From a virus: 64,000 nucleotides of DNA. Each line of letters begins with the position of its first letter. The stretch's first letter is position 1. The notes below the pieces were generated by a model. The model saw nothing but the letters and a program-made list of their open reading frames with translations. It did no database searches and had not been told where the DNA came from. The position numbers and the translations under genes were made by a program. The stretch is taken from positions 57,433 through 121,432 of the IMG/VR virus record IMGVR_UViG_3300033984_000416. One strand, written 5' to 3'. Positions 50,157 to 59,929 of this stretch are shown piece after piece.

Positions 50157-53100
50157 TTATAGTTTTACTATGGTTAAGATACGATTATTCAATAAAACTC
50201 GACCAACATCTGTTCTCCAATTAACACTAATTGCTTGCGAACCATTAACAGTCGCAATACCAGCTAAATTAATATCTTGTGTGTAGTTATTATACTTTCT
50301 AATTCTATTAGAATTTATAATCATAGCGGTACTATAATATAAACTAAACACATTGGTAATACCAAATTGTTGTGAATCATCATAAGGATTTCCATTAAAA
50401 ACTGTACCAGCAAATACTGTTACGTTACCAAAATTAGTACCCATATCACCAGTTATAACAGCCAATGCTGTATTGGCAACATTTCCAGCCGCTGTAAAAC
50501 ATAGGAAAGTCTGTAAAATACCCATATTCATAACACTTTGAGCCGTTGGTCTAGATTGAATTCCAGAACCAAAAGCTAATGCACCGCTAGTCGAAAATAA
50601 ACGACCAGTAAATACACAATTCGCACCTAATGCCGCAGCAGCACCATAAGCGATATAGTTACCAGAAATTACGTTATCAGCCCCAATTCCAACAGCTCCA
50701 ATTGCCATGAAAAATACATTTGCAGCGTTAGCTCCATTAGTCAACTGTATTGTTGTAGCCGCTGCTGTATTTATAGCTCCAGTCACTCTGAAAATAAATA
50801 AAGAATTTGGGTTACCACCACCATCTAAGGTTAATGTCCCAGCAACAGACATCGCTCCAGCAACAGTGTATACCCCAGCAGTTAGAACTTCACCAGAACC
50901 AAACGATAACCCATGACTTCCAGTAGCTGGCGTATTTAACAAAGCTAAATATAAATTTTGTAAATCCAAGGTAGCTATCGTACAAACATTACCTGGTACT
51001 ATATCGTAATTAGCATTAAAATCTATTTTATATGTACCAGCTGGCGGTGTTATAGACATACCACTTATTATAACATCAGTAGATGAAGTTGTTGAAACTT
51101 CATAAGATTCTGTAATTGATGACCAAAAATTTGTTGTTGTTGTTGCACTAATTGTTACTACATTACCACTTAAATCAACACCAATTGGTTGACCTATTGA
51201 TGTTGGGCTTACACTAGTAAGATTAGCAAGTCTTAATCCACTATCATTAATTGTTTCTCCAGAAATATGTAAACGTTTTGTTGGGTTAACAACACCACCA
51301 ATACCAACATTACCTTTAAGAATTGTTTTAGTTATACTATTATTACCTAAAGTAACTGAATTTGAACCATTTCCTATTGCTCTATAACCAATGACAATCT
51401 GATTAGCTTGATTGTCTTTCTCAACTCTACACTCAGTACCAATCAAAGTAGAGTTTATGATGTTTGTAGCATAACTTGTAGTTCCTGTTCCAACCGCAAT
51501 ATAAGCACCACTAAAATAACCAATTGCAATATTTGAACTACCTGTTATATTATTAAACAATGAAAATGCTCCAACTCCAGTATTATATAAAGGTGTTGTT
51601 TGATTTGCAAGTGCTTGAAATCCATCTCCAGTATTATAACTACCAGTTGTGTTATAGTATAAAGCATTAAATCCATTTCCTGTATTTCTTACACCAGTTG
51701 TGTTATAGTATAACGCATCACCACCAATTGCAATATTTCTTTTACCTATTGTATTAGAATATAACGTTTGTGAACCAATTGCTAAATTTTCCATTCCTGT
51801 TGTATTATTGAATAATGAACTTGCTCCAATTGCAACATTTAATGTACCTGTTGTGTTGTTAGATAACACACTCTTACCAAAAACTATATTTGAACTATAA
51901 TTACCTTGACCAAGACCAATTTGTGTTCCATTTAATAATAAATCAAATGCACCTAAATCAACTTGACTTGTTGCACCCACATAAGGAACAAAATTACCAG
52001 TTGTATAACCAGTAACTGTAAATGTATTTCCAGAATTATTTTTAAAGGTAGTTGTCCCAGCAGTATATGTACCACCAGTAACAAAAGTATCGTTAGCATT
52101 TCCTTGAATCCCTTGTGGACCGATTGGTCCAATTGGACCTACAATTCCTTGAATACCTTGAATACCGATAGGTCCAGTTAAACCACTAACCCCTTGTATT
52201 CCTTGTGGACCGATTGGTCCAGTTAAACCACTAATTCCCTGTATCCCTTGCAGACCGATAGGACCGATTGGTCCAGTTAAACCACTAATTCCCTGTATTC
52301 CTTGTAGACCGATAGGTCCAATATCACCAGTTAAACCACTAATTCCCTGTATTCCTTGTATTCCTTGAATACCGATAGGTCCAGTTAAACCACTAATTCC
52401 TTGGGGACCAATTGGCCCAATTGGGCCAGTTAAACCACTAATTCCCTGTATACCTTGAGCTCCTTTAGCAGCTAGTAAAGCCCAGTGCATTGTATCGATT
52501 ATTGGTGATGTATTTCCAGATGTTGTTATATCTAGGATACAAAAATATGATGCACCACTATAACTTACTGAATCATTAATAATATATTGATAGTTATTAT
52601 CCCATAATGATAACCAATTTAACCCAGAAGGTGCTACTTCACCTTGTATTCCTTGTGGACCAATAGGTCCAATACCACCAGTTAAACCACTAACCCCTTG
52701 TATTCCTTGTGGACCGATTGGTCCAGTTAAACCACTAACCCCTTGAAAACCTTGGATTCCTTGCAGACCGATAGGACCAATCGGCCCAGTTAAACCACTA
52801 ATTCCCTGTATTCCTTGTAGACCGATAGGTCCAATATCACCAGTTAAACCACTAATTCCTTGAATCCCTTGTGGACCAATATCACCAGTTAAACCACTAA
52901 TTCCTTGTAACCCTTGAATCCCTAGTAACCCTTGAAACCCCTGGATTCCCTGTGGTCCTATAGGGCCAACAATTCCTTGTATTCCTTGAATTCCTTGAAT
53001 CCCTTGAATTCCTTGCGTACCACCAACATATGGTTTAATAAATTCTGTTAATCCACTTATACTTATTTTTTTAGTTTCACCGCTATTTACAATAGGTATA

Positions 53101-53159
53101 ACATCCTCTAAGGTTGGGTTGTTATTAACGTTAAAAGCACTTATTTTTTTATTAGCCAT
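50157..53159 (-). CDS. Collagen-like fibre (1000 aa): Gly-X-Y repeats, CBM-like insert, NxAIG repeats, C-terminal DUF3494 ice-binding-like domain
   Basis: (GIQ/GPI/GLT)n; WDNNYQYIINDSVSYSGASYFC...HWALLA; DLQNLY...GVYT...TLTLDGGGNPNSLFIF...TTIQLTNGANAANVFF...FTGRLFSTSGAL. Confidence 0.8.
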   Translation of the reverse strand: MANKKISAFNVNNNPTLEDVIPIVNSGETKKISISGLTEFIKPYVGGTQGIQGIQGIQGIQGIVGPIGPQGIQGFQGLLGIQGLQGISGLTGDIGPQGIQGISGLTGDIGPIGLQGIQGISGLTGPIGPIGLQGIQGFQGVSGLTGPIGPQGIQGVSGLTGGIGPIGPQGIQGEVAPSGLNWLSLWDNNYQYIINDSVSYSGASYFCILDITTSGNTSPIIDTMHWALLAAKGAQGIQGISGLTGPIGPIGPQGISGLTGPIGIQGIQGIQGISGLTGDIGPIGLQGIQGISGLTGPIGPIGLQGIQGISGLTGPIGPQGIQGVSGLTGPIGIQGIQGIVGPIGPIGPQGIQGNANDTFVTGGTYTAGTTTFKNNSGNTFTVTGYTTGNFVPYVGATSQVDLGAFDLLLNGTQIGLGQGNYSSNIVFGKSVLSNNTTGTLNVAIGASSLFNNTTGMENLAIGSQTLYSNTIGKRNIAIGGDALYYNTTGVRNTGNGFNALYYNTTGSYNTGDGFQALANQTTPLYNTGVGAFSLFNNITGSSNIAIGYFSGAYIAVGTGTTSYATNIINSTLIGTECRVEKDNQANQIVIGYRAIGNGSNSVTLGNNSITKTILKGNVGIGGVVNPTKRLHISGETINDSGLRLANLTSVSPTSIGQPIGVDLSGNVVTISATTTTNFWSSITESYEVSTTSSTDVIISGMSITPPAGTYKIDFNANYDIVPGNVCTIATLDLQNLYLALLNTPATGSHGLSFGSGEVLTAGVYTVAGAMSVAGTLTLDGGGNPNSLFIFRVTGAINTAAATTIQLTNGANAANVFFMAIGAVGIGADNVISGNYIAYGAAAALGANCVFTGRLFSTSGALAFGSGIQSRPTAQSVMNMGILQTFLCFTAAGNVANTALAVITGDMGTNFGNVTVFAGTVFNGNPYDDSQQFGITNVFSLYYSTAMIINSNRIRKYNNYTQDINLAGIATVNGSQAISVNWRTDVGRVLLNNRILTIVKL
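52273..52859. repeat. Exact 74-bp direct repeat pair (52273-52346 and 52786-52859) within collagen-coding repeats
   Basis: ccagttaaaccactaattccctgtattccttgtagaccgataggtccaatatcaccagttaaaccactaattcc occurs twice, 513 bp apart. Confidence 0.9.
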
Positions 53160-53217
53160 GATTTTTCTTTATAATAAATATGTTATTTAATCTTTAAATT
53201 ATTTTAATTTCAATGAA

Positions 53218-55065
53218 TTACCAAATAATCCCAGAACCATCTTCTTGCAACATCAACCCATCATCTTCTTGCGTTGTTAAATCTGCTTCAGCGACAATTA
53301 TTTTACTTTGTATGTTACAATATTTTAAATCACAAATATTAAACTTAAAATCTGAAATACCACCAATAAATGAACCAGCGAAATTTCGTTCTATTATTAA
53401 ATTTCGGTCATTAGGGTCTAAACCATCAAAAGTTTGACTTTCAAGTAATCCTTGAGTTCCACCACCTAAACTAAAATTAAATGGAACACCAAGTTGTTTA
53501 TCTTTATATTCATTAAGTCTTCTACCAATAAATTCGTCAAATTCCTCAACAACATATTTTAATTTACTATTAACATAAAACATAAGTCTTCCCTTTCTTG
53601 GTTTAGTAACCTCAAGTTCACAATCTGTTTTATAATCAGTAACATATCTAATTGCAATATAAGACCACATATCTGGGTTAACCAATCCAGCTTCAGAATA
53701 TGATTCTTCAATAGTTACACCACTCACATAAACATCTTCACCTAACGAATTCGTTTCACAATGACCAGTAAACGATAATAATCTATAACCAATTCTACCA
53801 TCATCTGTAACCCTAAAACCTAACGCATTATCAAACACATCCAATGTATAATTAACTTCAGTTTCTGGGCTTGTTCTACCACTAAAAGTTGAAACCGTTT
53901 CACCACCAAAGCCATCGTTGGGTCCAGAACATGTATTACAACCACATGAACGACCATGTTTTCTAGCTCTACCGTATATAAGGAATGGGTTATCGTGATT
54001 AGTCAACACACTAGCGGTGCTAACAACAGCAATACCTTTACCATCATATGTACATGCAGTTTTAGTACCTAAACCATCATGATTTTGACCACAAGCACTG
54101 CATCTACATGATGTATTACCTGTTTGAACTTCATCGTGTGGTTGATAAATAATACTACCTTCTTCTTCGGTAGATTTTGGTACACTACTATCATGAGCTC
54201 TACCATATATTAAAAATCCATTTGTAATCAAATCTATATGTACTTGTGGTGGGTCTAACGGAATCGCAGTACCATAATCACCTACAATTGAAATTTCACT
54301 TTCTTTAGGAATTGTACACCATTCATTCACAGTATCAGTACATGCTGTTGAAGCTGAACAAGATACTGTACAACCAGTGTCAGCACCTTCCCATATATTC
54401 CAAAACTTATTTTCAGCTCTAGTACCCATATAAAAGAAAAATCCACTATTATTTGGGTTAACGTCATTAAGAATTGGTTCCGTATTACTACATAAATTTT
54501 GTGGTTTTAAATTAATCTCAATAGCCCATGCTTGATTGACCCTAGTTGGTAAAACTTCATATGAATATCCATCTAATTTATAAAACCCTTGAAAAAACCC
54601 ACCACAAAGATTAATATAATCGTTACCACCTTCATTTAATATTTGAGTAGGATACACGAAATTACCTGTTGTACCTGTAACCCTATTCAATGTAAGCCTC
54701 ATATCATTAGCTGGTATTACTAGTGTTGAACCAGTCAAAGCCGACAATAAAGCCAAGTTTGAATCATCACCAGCTTGTTTATCGAATGTTATTAATCCGT
54801 TATCAATACCAGTAAGTCCAATCGTATTTAAGGTATAACCAGTATTTACCGCTTTGTCCCATGTAACAAGACTATATATTGAATCCGTACCAGTTTCATA
54901 TATTGCTGGATTATTAAAATCGTACCAAACAACCAGACATGAACCAGCCTCTAAAGGATAGCAATCACCATCCGTTGCATCGGCAGCCAAAAAGAAGTCC
55001 CAATAATCACTATTGGATAGTTTAAGGTCTAGTTTGTTAAAGTTAAAATTTAATAGATTTGCCAT
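53218..55065 (-). CDS. LamG/concanavalin-like virion protein (615 aa) with Cys-rich inserts
   Basis: WSYIAIRY...GRLMFYVNSKLK...FSLGGG...FIGGISDFKF; N-terminus followed by LVVWYDFN. Confidence 0.55.
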   Translation of the reverse strand: MANLLNFNFNKLDLKLSNSDYWDFFLAADATDGDCYPLEAGSCLVVWYDFNNPAIYETGTDSIYSLVTWDKAVNTGYTLNTIGLTGIDNGLITFDKQAGDDSNLALLSALTGSTLVIPANDMRLTLNRVTGTTGNFVYPTQILNEGGNDYINLCGGFFQGFYKLDGYSYEVLPTRVNQAWAIEINLKPQNLCSNTEPILNDVNPNNSGFFFYMGTRAENKFWNIWEGADTGCTVSCSASTACTDTVNEWCTIPKESEISIVGDYGTAIPLDPPQVHIDLITNGFLIYGRAHDSSVPKSTEEEGSIIYQPHDEVQTGNTSCRCSACGQNHDGLGTKTACTYDGKGIAVVSTASVLTNHDNPFLIYGRARKHGRSCGCNTCSGPNDGFGGETVSTFSGRTSPETEVNYTLDVFDNALGFRVTDDGRIGYRLLSFTGHCETNSLGEDVYVSGVTIEESYSEAGLVNPDMWSYIAIRYVTDYKTDCELEVTKPRKGRLMFYVNSKLKYVVEEFDEFIGRRLNEYKDKQLGVPFNFSLGGGTQGLLESQTFDGLDPNDRNLIIERNFAGSFIGGISDFKFNICDLKYCNIQSKIIVAEADLTTQEDDGLMLQEDGSGIIW

Positions 55066-55067
55066 AG

Positions 55068-58000
55068 TTAAAAGTTTTCTAAGTTAGTACGCTTCCAACC
55101 TGTACTAGTTCTAACATATAAATAGTCGTCATCTCTTGTAAGATTACCTTCAGAACCATTTATATCACTAGTCGATGTTGGTGTATATGTTGGGATTGTT
55201 AAAGCGTTTGGTTTAAAATCATTGTTTGTAACCCAATTACCTTCAGCATCAGTCACAATTTCAGCTGATAATCCCATACCTTTGGCGTGGAGTACACTAA
55301 TACCACCACCAATGGCGGTTGTAGGAGTTCCACTATAATTTAATTCTATATTGTTATCCTCAGCTAGAATTGTTTGAGTTTCTAAATAGGTTGTATTATT
55401 GCTAGTTGTTCCAGTTGCCAATTCTTTGACAGCTTCAACCAACAACGCAGTTACGTCACTATAATGAACCCCCATGTATTCTTCTGGGATTGTTTTGTTT
55501 ATAAATGTTAATTCTGGTACTATTTCGTTGACTTCTTGAGCGATAAACCCAATTCTAAAATCATCACCACCAGTTACTCTATCTTTTAATTGGTAAGTAA
55601 CACCTCTAAGATTTTTCACCTTATCCAAAGAATTTGTTAGAGTTGATATATTTTCTTTAAGACGTAAATCTGAAGATGTTAAAACGACATGTCCAGTACC
55701 ATCAACAGCAATACTAGTACCAGGACCAGCACCAACAGTTTTAATGTTTAAATTATCAACATACGTTGTGTTTGCAACCAATCCAGTTATGTTAGCACCT
55801 AATACAACAGTATTTGTTCCACCAGCTATTGAATTGGCCCCATGAACAAATGCAGTATCACCACTTGCTGTTGACTGGATACCACCAGAATGCGAACCAT
55901 AATTACCGCTAGCGGTAGTTTGATATCCTTCGGCATGTGAATTACTATTGCTAGCTATTGAATAATACCCTTCAGCATGTGAATAGGGACCGCTCGCTAG
56001 TGTATGTATTCCTTCAGCATGACCACCTTCACCACTTGCTGTTGTACTGTTACCTTCAGCATGTGAATAAAGCCCACTAGCAAGTGTTAGAATACCTTCA
56101 GCGTGTGCTGCTGCTGTTGTTGCTGACGTTGCTCCACCTTCAGCGTGTGAATAAATACCACTAGCCCTAGTATTCTGACCTTCAGCGTGTGAATTATCAC
56201 CAATAGCTTGTGAAAATGCACCTTCAGAGTGAGCCGCAAAACCAATAGCTTTTGATTCACGACCTTCAGCATGACTTGCATCACCACTAGCTGTACCACC
56301 AGTAATAACGTAAGCTGAAGAACCACCCTCAGCATGACTTCCATTTCCACTTGCTAGTGATTTATAACCTTCAGCGTGTGAATTATCACCGCTAGCGATT
56401 GTCGACCCACCTTCAGCGTGTGAACCAAAACCACCAGCAAGTGTTTGGTAACCTTCAGAAAAAGCATAATCTGTCGTTGCGGATGTAGCCCCACCAACAG
56501 CAAAACTCGTCCCACCAATGGCTCTAGTATTTTGACCATGTGCAAATGAATAATTACCAATAGCATGACCAGCATTTCCACCAGCATGTGATGATGTACC
56601 ACTAGCTATTGATTGATTACCTTGAGCATGTGAATAATTACCACTAGCTATAGTATAATAACCTTCAGCGTGACTAACTTGGGCAGATGCTATGGTATAC
56701 GAACCTTCAGCGTGAGCAGCTTGTGCTGTTGCTGTTACCCTAAAACCTTCAGCGTGAGCTGCATCAGTACTAGCAATTGTTTGGTAACCTTCAGCGTGTG
56801 AGTAAGTACCACTGGCTAGTGTTCCATAACCTTCGGAATGTGCATAACTTGTTGTTGCTGAAGTCTCGTAACCTTCAGCGTGAGAGGCTTGACCAGCTGA
56901 CCTTGTAGCCCAACCTTCAGCGTGAGCACCTTGACCATAAGCTTTTGTATTACCACCTTCAGCATGTGAAAAATCTGTTGTCGCACTAGTTTGGTAACCT
57001 TCAGCATGACTCCCTAAATTACCACTTGCTATCGTACTAACACCTTCAGCATGACTCGCAATACCGCTAGCAGTACCACCAAATAAACCTAAACTATAAT
57101 AACCACCCTCGGCATGTGAACCTTCACCAATTGCTAATGTCAAAGCACCTTCAGCATGTGAAAAATTACCGATAGCTTGTGTTTCTTGACCTTCAGCATG
57201 ACTACCAGTACCACTAGCTAGTGTCAATTTACCTTCTGCGTGACTTGCAATTGTTGTTGCTGATGTTTGTTGACCTTCAGCGTGACTACCAGTATTAGAA
57301 GCAACAGTATTTTGACCTTCAGCATGACTCCCATCACCACTGGCTAGTGTTCCCATACCTTCTGCGTGAGCATATAGTGATGTTGCCGATGTTGACATAC
57401 CTTCAGCGTGACTCCCACCACCAATAGCTCTAGTCAACCAACCTTCAGCATGACTCCCATAATTACCACTTGCTATCGTACTAACACCTTCAGCGTGACT
57501 CGCAACACCACTAGCAGTACCACCAGAAAGATTCAATAACCAGTTACCACCTTCAGCGTGCGAACCAGCACCAATAGCTTGTGAGTAAGCACCTTCAGCA
57601 TGTGAATATTGACCACTTGCTAGTGTAAAACCACCTTCAGCATGTGCACCTTGATTAGCTGCTTTAGTATATTCTCCTTCAGTATGAGATGATTGAGACA
57701 TTGCAGACGTACTAACACCTTCAGCGTGACTCCACGCAGCATTAGCGATTGTTTGACTACCTTCAGCATGACTTGAAGTACCCAAAGCTTTTGTTTGAAA
57801 CCCTTCAGCGTGTGAATACCAACCACTTGCTAGTGTATTTTGATTTTCAGCATGACTGGCTATACCACTAGCTATTGAACTAGCACCTTCAGCATGAGCA
57901 CCATTAATTCCACTAGCAAGCGTACCAACACCTTCAGAGTGTGAATAAATTGTTGTTGCTGATGTTTGGTAACCTTCGGCATGACTTGCTGTTCCACCAG

Positions 58001-58898
58001 CAAGTGTACCCCAACCTTCAGAGTGACTATAATCACCATTTGCTGTGGTTCCACTACCTTCAGCGTGACTCGCACCACCGAGTGTAATTGTACTCTGACC
58101 TTCAGCATGTGATGCAGCACCACTAGCAGTTGTCTGTAAACCTTCAGCGTGTGTATAAGGACCACTAGCAATATTGACATCACCTTCAGCCACTGAAAAG
58201 AAACCACTAGCAATACTTGTACTACCATTTAGTATGGCAGAATTAGGGTTTGTACTTATATCCCATACAGTTGAAGCACTAGTTGCTCCAGAAAGTGGTA
58301 ACCACCCAGCTTTACCTTCAGCATCCAAACATGTTAATACATGCCCAACACCTGGATTTTTAGTTATTATAAGTTCTTGTGTTCTAGTGATTCCAGATAC
58401 ATCAGCCCATATTGTTCTTCCTGTGAAATCTAACGTTCCAGCAGAATAAAAATATAACTCATCAGTCTCAACTGTACCACTATAGTTACCACCACCCAAA
58501 TCAGTCATGGCTAGTACGTAAATATCGAAAGATACACCACTATAATCTAATACAACGGTATTCCCATCAATAACAGTTAAAGTGTTAGCTGTAAATATTG
58601 GGTCAACAATTTCTTGGGTAAAACCAGAAGTTGAAGGTGTTATTGCGGATAATGAAGACCACCCTAACTGCATATTTGGGTCGAACCAATTATATATTGT
58701 AGTTGTGTTATTACCAGAGAAAGTACTAACAATATTAGCATCATATCCAGTATCACCAGAAGTTGTTAAATCTGGGCCTGTTGGTAAAACGTTAAATGGA
58801 ACACCAAATGATGTACCACCAGACAAAACAGTTATAGTTTCTATGTGTTGTTTTACTTGTCTGTTGCTTGAAAAGTCTAATTTTGTTCTAAATGCCAT
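55068..58898 (-). CDS. Tail fibre (1276 aa) with ~50 SHAEG 14-aa repeats and a peptidase S74 intramolecular chaperone domain
   Basis: SHAEGxxTxASGxx repeats (ccttcagc recurring in DNA); SSDLRLKENI...LRGVTY...IGFIAQEVNEIVPE...LLVEAVKEL. Confidence 0.85.
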   Translation of the reverse strand: MAFRTKLDFSSNRQVKQHIETITVLSGGTSFGVPFNVLPTGPDLTTSGDTGYDANIVSTFSGNNTTTIYNWFDPNMQLGWSSLSAITPSTSGFTQEIVDPIFTANTLTVIDGNTVVLDYSGVSFDIYVLAMTDLGGGNYSGTVETDELYFYSAGTLDFTGRTIWADVSGITRTQELIITKNPGVGHVLTCLDAEGKAGWLPLSGATSASTVWDISTNPNSAILNGSTSIASGFFSVAEGDVNIASGPYTHAEGLQTTASGAASHAEGQSTITLGGASHAEGSGTTANGDYSHSEGWGTLAGGTASHAEGYQTSATTIYSHSEGVGTLASGINGAHAEGASSIASGIASHAENQNTLASGWYSHAEGFQTKALGTSSHAEGSQTIANAAWSHAEGVSTSAMSQSSHTEGEYTKAANQGAHAEGGFTLASGQYSHAEGAYSQAIGAGSHAEGGNWLLNLSGGTASGVASHAEGVSTIASGNYGSHAEGWLTRAIGGGSHAEGMSTSATSLYAHAEGMGTLASGDGSHAEGQNTVASNTGSHAEGQQTSATTIASHAEGKLTLASGTGSHAEGQETQAIGNFSHAEGALTLAIGEGSHAEGGYYSLGLFGGTASGIASHAEGVSTIASGNLGSHAEGYQTSATTDFSHAEGGNTKAYGQGAHAEGWATRSAGQASHAEGYETSATTSYAHSEGYGTLASGTYSHAEGYQTIASTDAAHAEGFRVTATAQAAHAEGSYTIASAQVSHAEGYYTIASGNYSHAQGNQSIASGTSSHAGGNAGHAIGNYSFAHGQNTRAIGGTSFAVGGATSATTDYAFSEGYQTLAGGFGSHAEGGSTIASGDNSHAEGYKSLASGNGSHAEGGSSAYVITGGTASGDASHAEGRESKAIGFAAHSEGAFSQAIGDNSHAEGQNTRASGIYSHAEGGATSATTAAAHAEGILTLASGLYSHAEGNSTTASGEGGHAEGIHTLASGPYSHAEGYYSIASNSNSHAEGYQTTASGNYGSHSGGIQSTASGDTAFVHGANSIAGGTNTVVLGANITGLVANTTYVDNLNIKTVGAGPGTSIAVDGTGHVVLTSSDLRLKENISTLTNSLDKVKNLRGVTYQLKDRVTGGDDFRIGFIAQEVNEIVPELTFINKTIPEEYMGVHYSDVTALLVEAVKELATGTTSNNTTYLETQTILAEDNNIELNYSGTPTTAIGGGISVLHAKGMGLSAEIVTDAEGNWVTNNDFKPNALTIPTYTPTSTSDINGSEGNLTRDDDYLYVRTSTGWKRTNLENF

Positions 58899-58959
58899 AT
58901 TTATAGGTTTTATTATAAATATTCCATCTTTTGAATATATTTATAATAAAACATAAATT

Positions 58960-59451
58960 ATGAGTACAATTAAAAAGAATGAATTGAACGAATTGGTTGG
59001 TGGTGATGTATTTTCTGCTGGTAACGACAGAAATGTAACCAACAACAGTGAAATTGAAACAGGTCCAGTTCAAAAACCTTACAACGATACTTCAGACTAT
59101 GAAAAAGGTATGGCGACAACTGGTGACAAGGTATTTGGTCGTTACAGACAAAATATTCCATGGTTTGCTGTGTATAGTTTTGGTGGTTCTAGAAGTGGTG
59201 GTTTACAAATTAGTTATGGGTTAAAAGAAAGTAAAAAAAATATCGTCACTAAAAAAAGTGTTGAAGAAAAAATTGAAGATTTGGTTAAAAAAAGTAAATC
59301 ATCTGATGTTACTCAAAAAGGTTATAACCCAAAGGTTGGTAAATTAATCGACACCATTAACGATGTTGATTTAACAGATACTCAATTAGAGGAATTATCA
59401 AACGCAATTTTAAACAAAAAAAATAATCCTAACAAAACTAAAAATTTGTAA
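58960..59451 (+). CDS. Hypothetical late protein (163 aa)
   Basis: ORF track; TATTTATA at 58938-58945. Confidence 0.75.
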   Translation: MSTIKKNELNELVGGDVFSAGNDRNVTNNSEIETGPVQKPYNDTSDYEKGMATTGDKVFGRYRQNIPWFAVYSFGGSRSGGLQISYGLKESKKNIVTKKSVEEKIEDLVKKSKSSDVTQKGYNPKVGKLIDTINDVDLTDTQLEELSNAILNKKNNPNKTKNL

Positions 59452-59452
59452 G

Positions 59453-59926
59453 ATGCCAAATCAAGCTTTAACTGGTAAAATTTTTAATACAGGCGACTCT
59501 AGCGTTAAGAATGATAAGAACAAAGAAACATACGATGCTTTAGCCATGCAAAAAACTAGGTTGAATCAAGCTAAAAAGCTATGTGAAGAAACCAACAACT
59601 GTTTTGAATATCAAAAATTAAAACAAGAAGCGAATAGTAAGAATTTAGAGGGTACAATAGATGTAGCTCAAGAAACCAATTACAACGCTAAAGATATCAA
59701 AAGAAAAGGTGGGGCTGAAAATCAATTCTTAACAAAACACACAAAAGATAGAGATAATGCAAATCCTACCGCTATCGGTGGAGTCCCAAATGTAACAAAA
59801 GGTAAAGTTAGTGATAAAATTATGACTAACAAAGAAGTTTATAATGAAGGATTAAATAAAGAATTATCTGGAATGAGATATTTAATAGAATACATGGATA
59901 ACAATAACAAAAAACAAAAATTATAA
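59453..59926 (+). CDS. Hypothetical protein (157 aa)
   Basis: ORF track; tight operon packing. Confidence 0.75.
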   Translation: MPNQALTGKIFNTGDSSVKNDKNKETYDALAMQKTRLNQAKKLCEETNNCFEYQKLKQEANSKNLEGTIDVAQETNYNAKDIKRKGGAENQFLTKHTKDRDNANPTAIGGVPNVTKGKVSDKIMTNKEVYNEGLNKELSGMRYLIEYMDNNNKKQKL

Positions 59927-59929
59927 ATT

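Noticed and set aside
26023-58898. Diversity-generating retroelement acting on fibres
   Set aside because: No reverse transcriptase in the window and no TR/VR pair differing only at adenines; the 43/45 match differs at two non-adenine wobble positions
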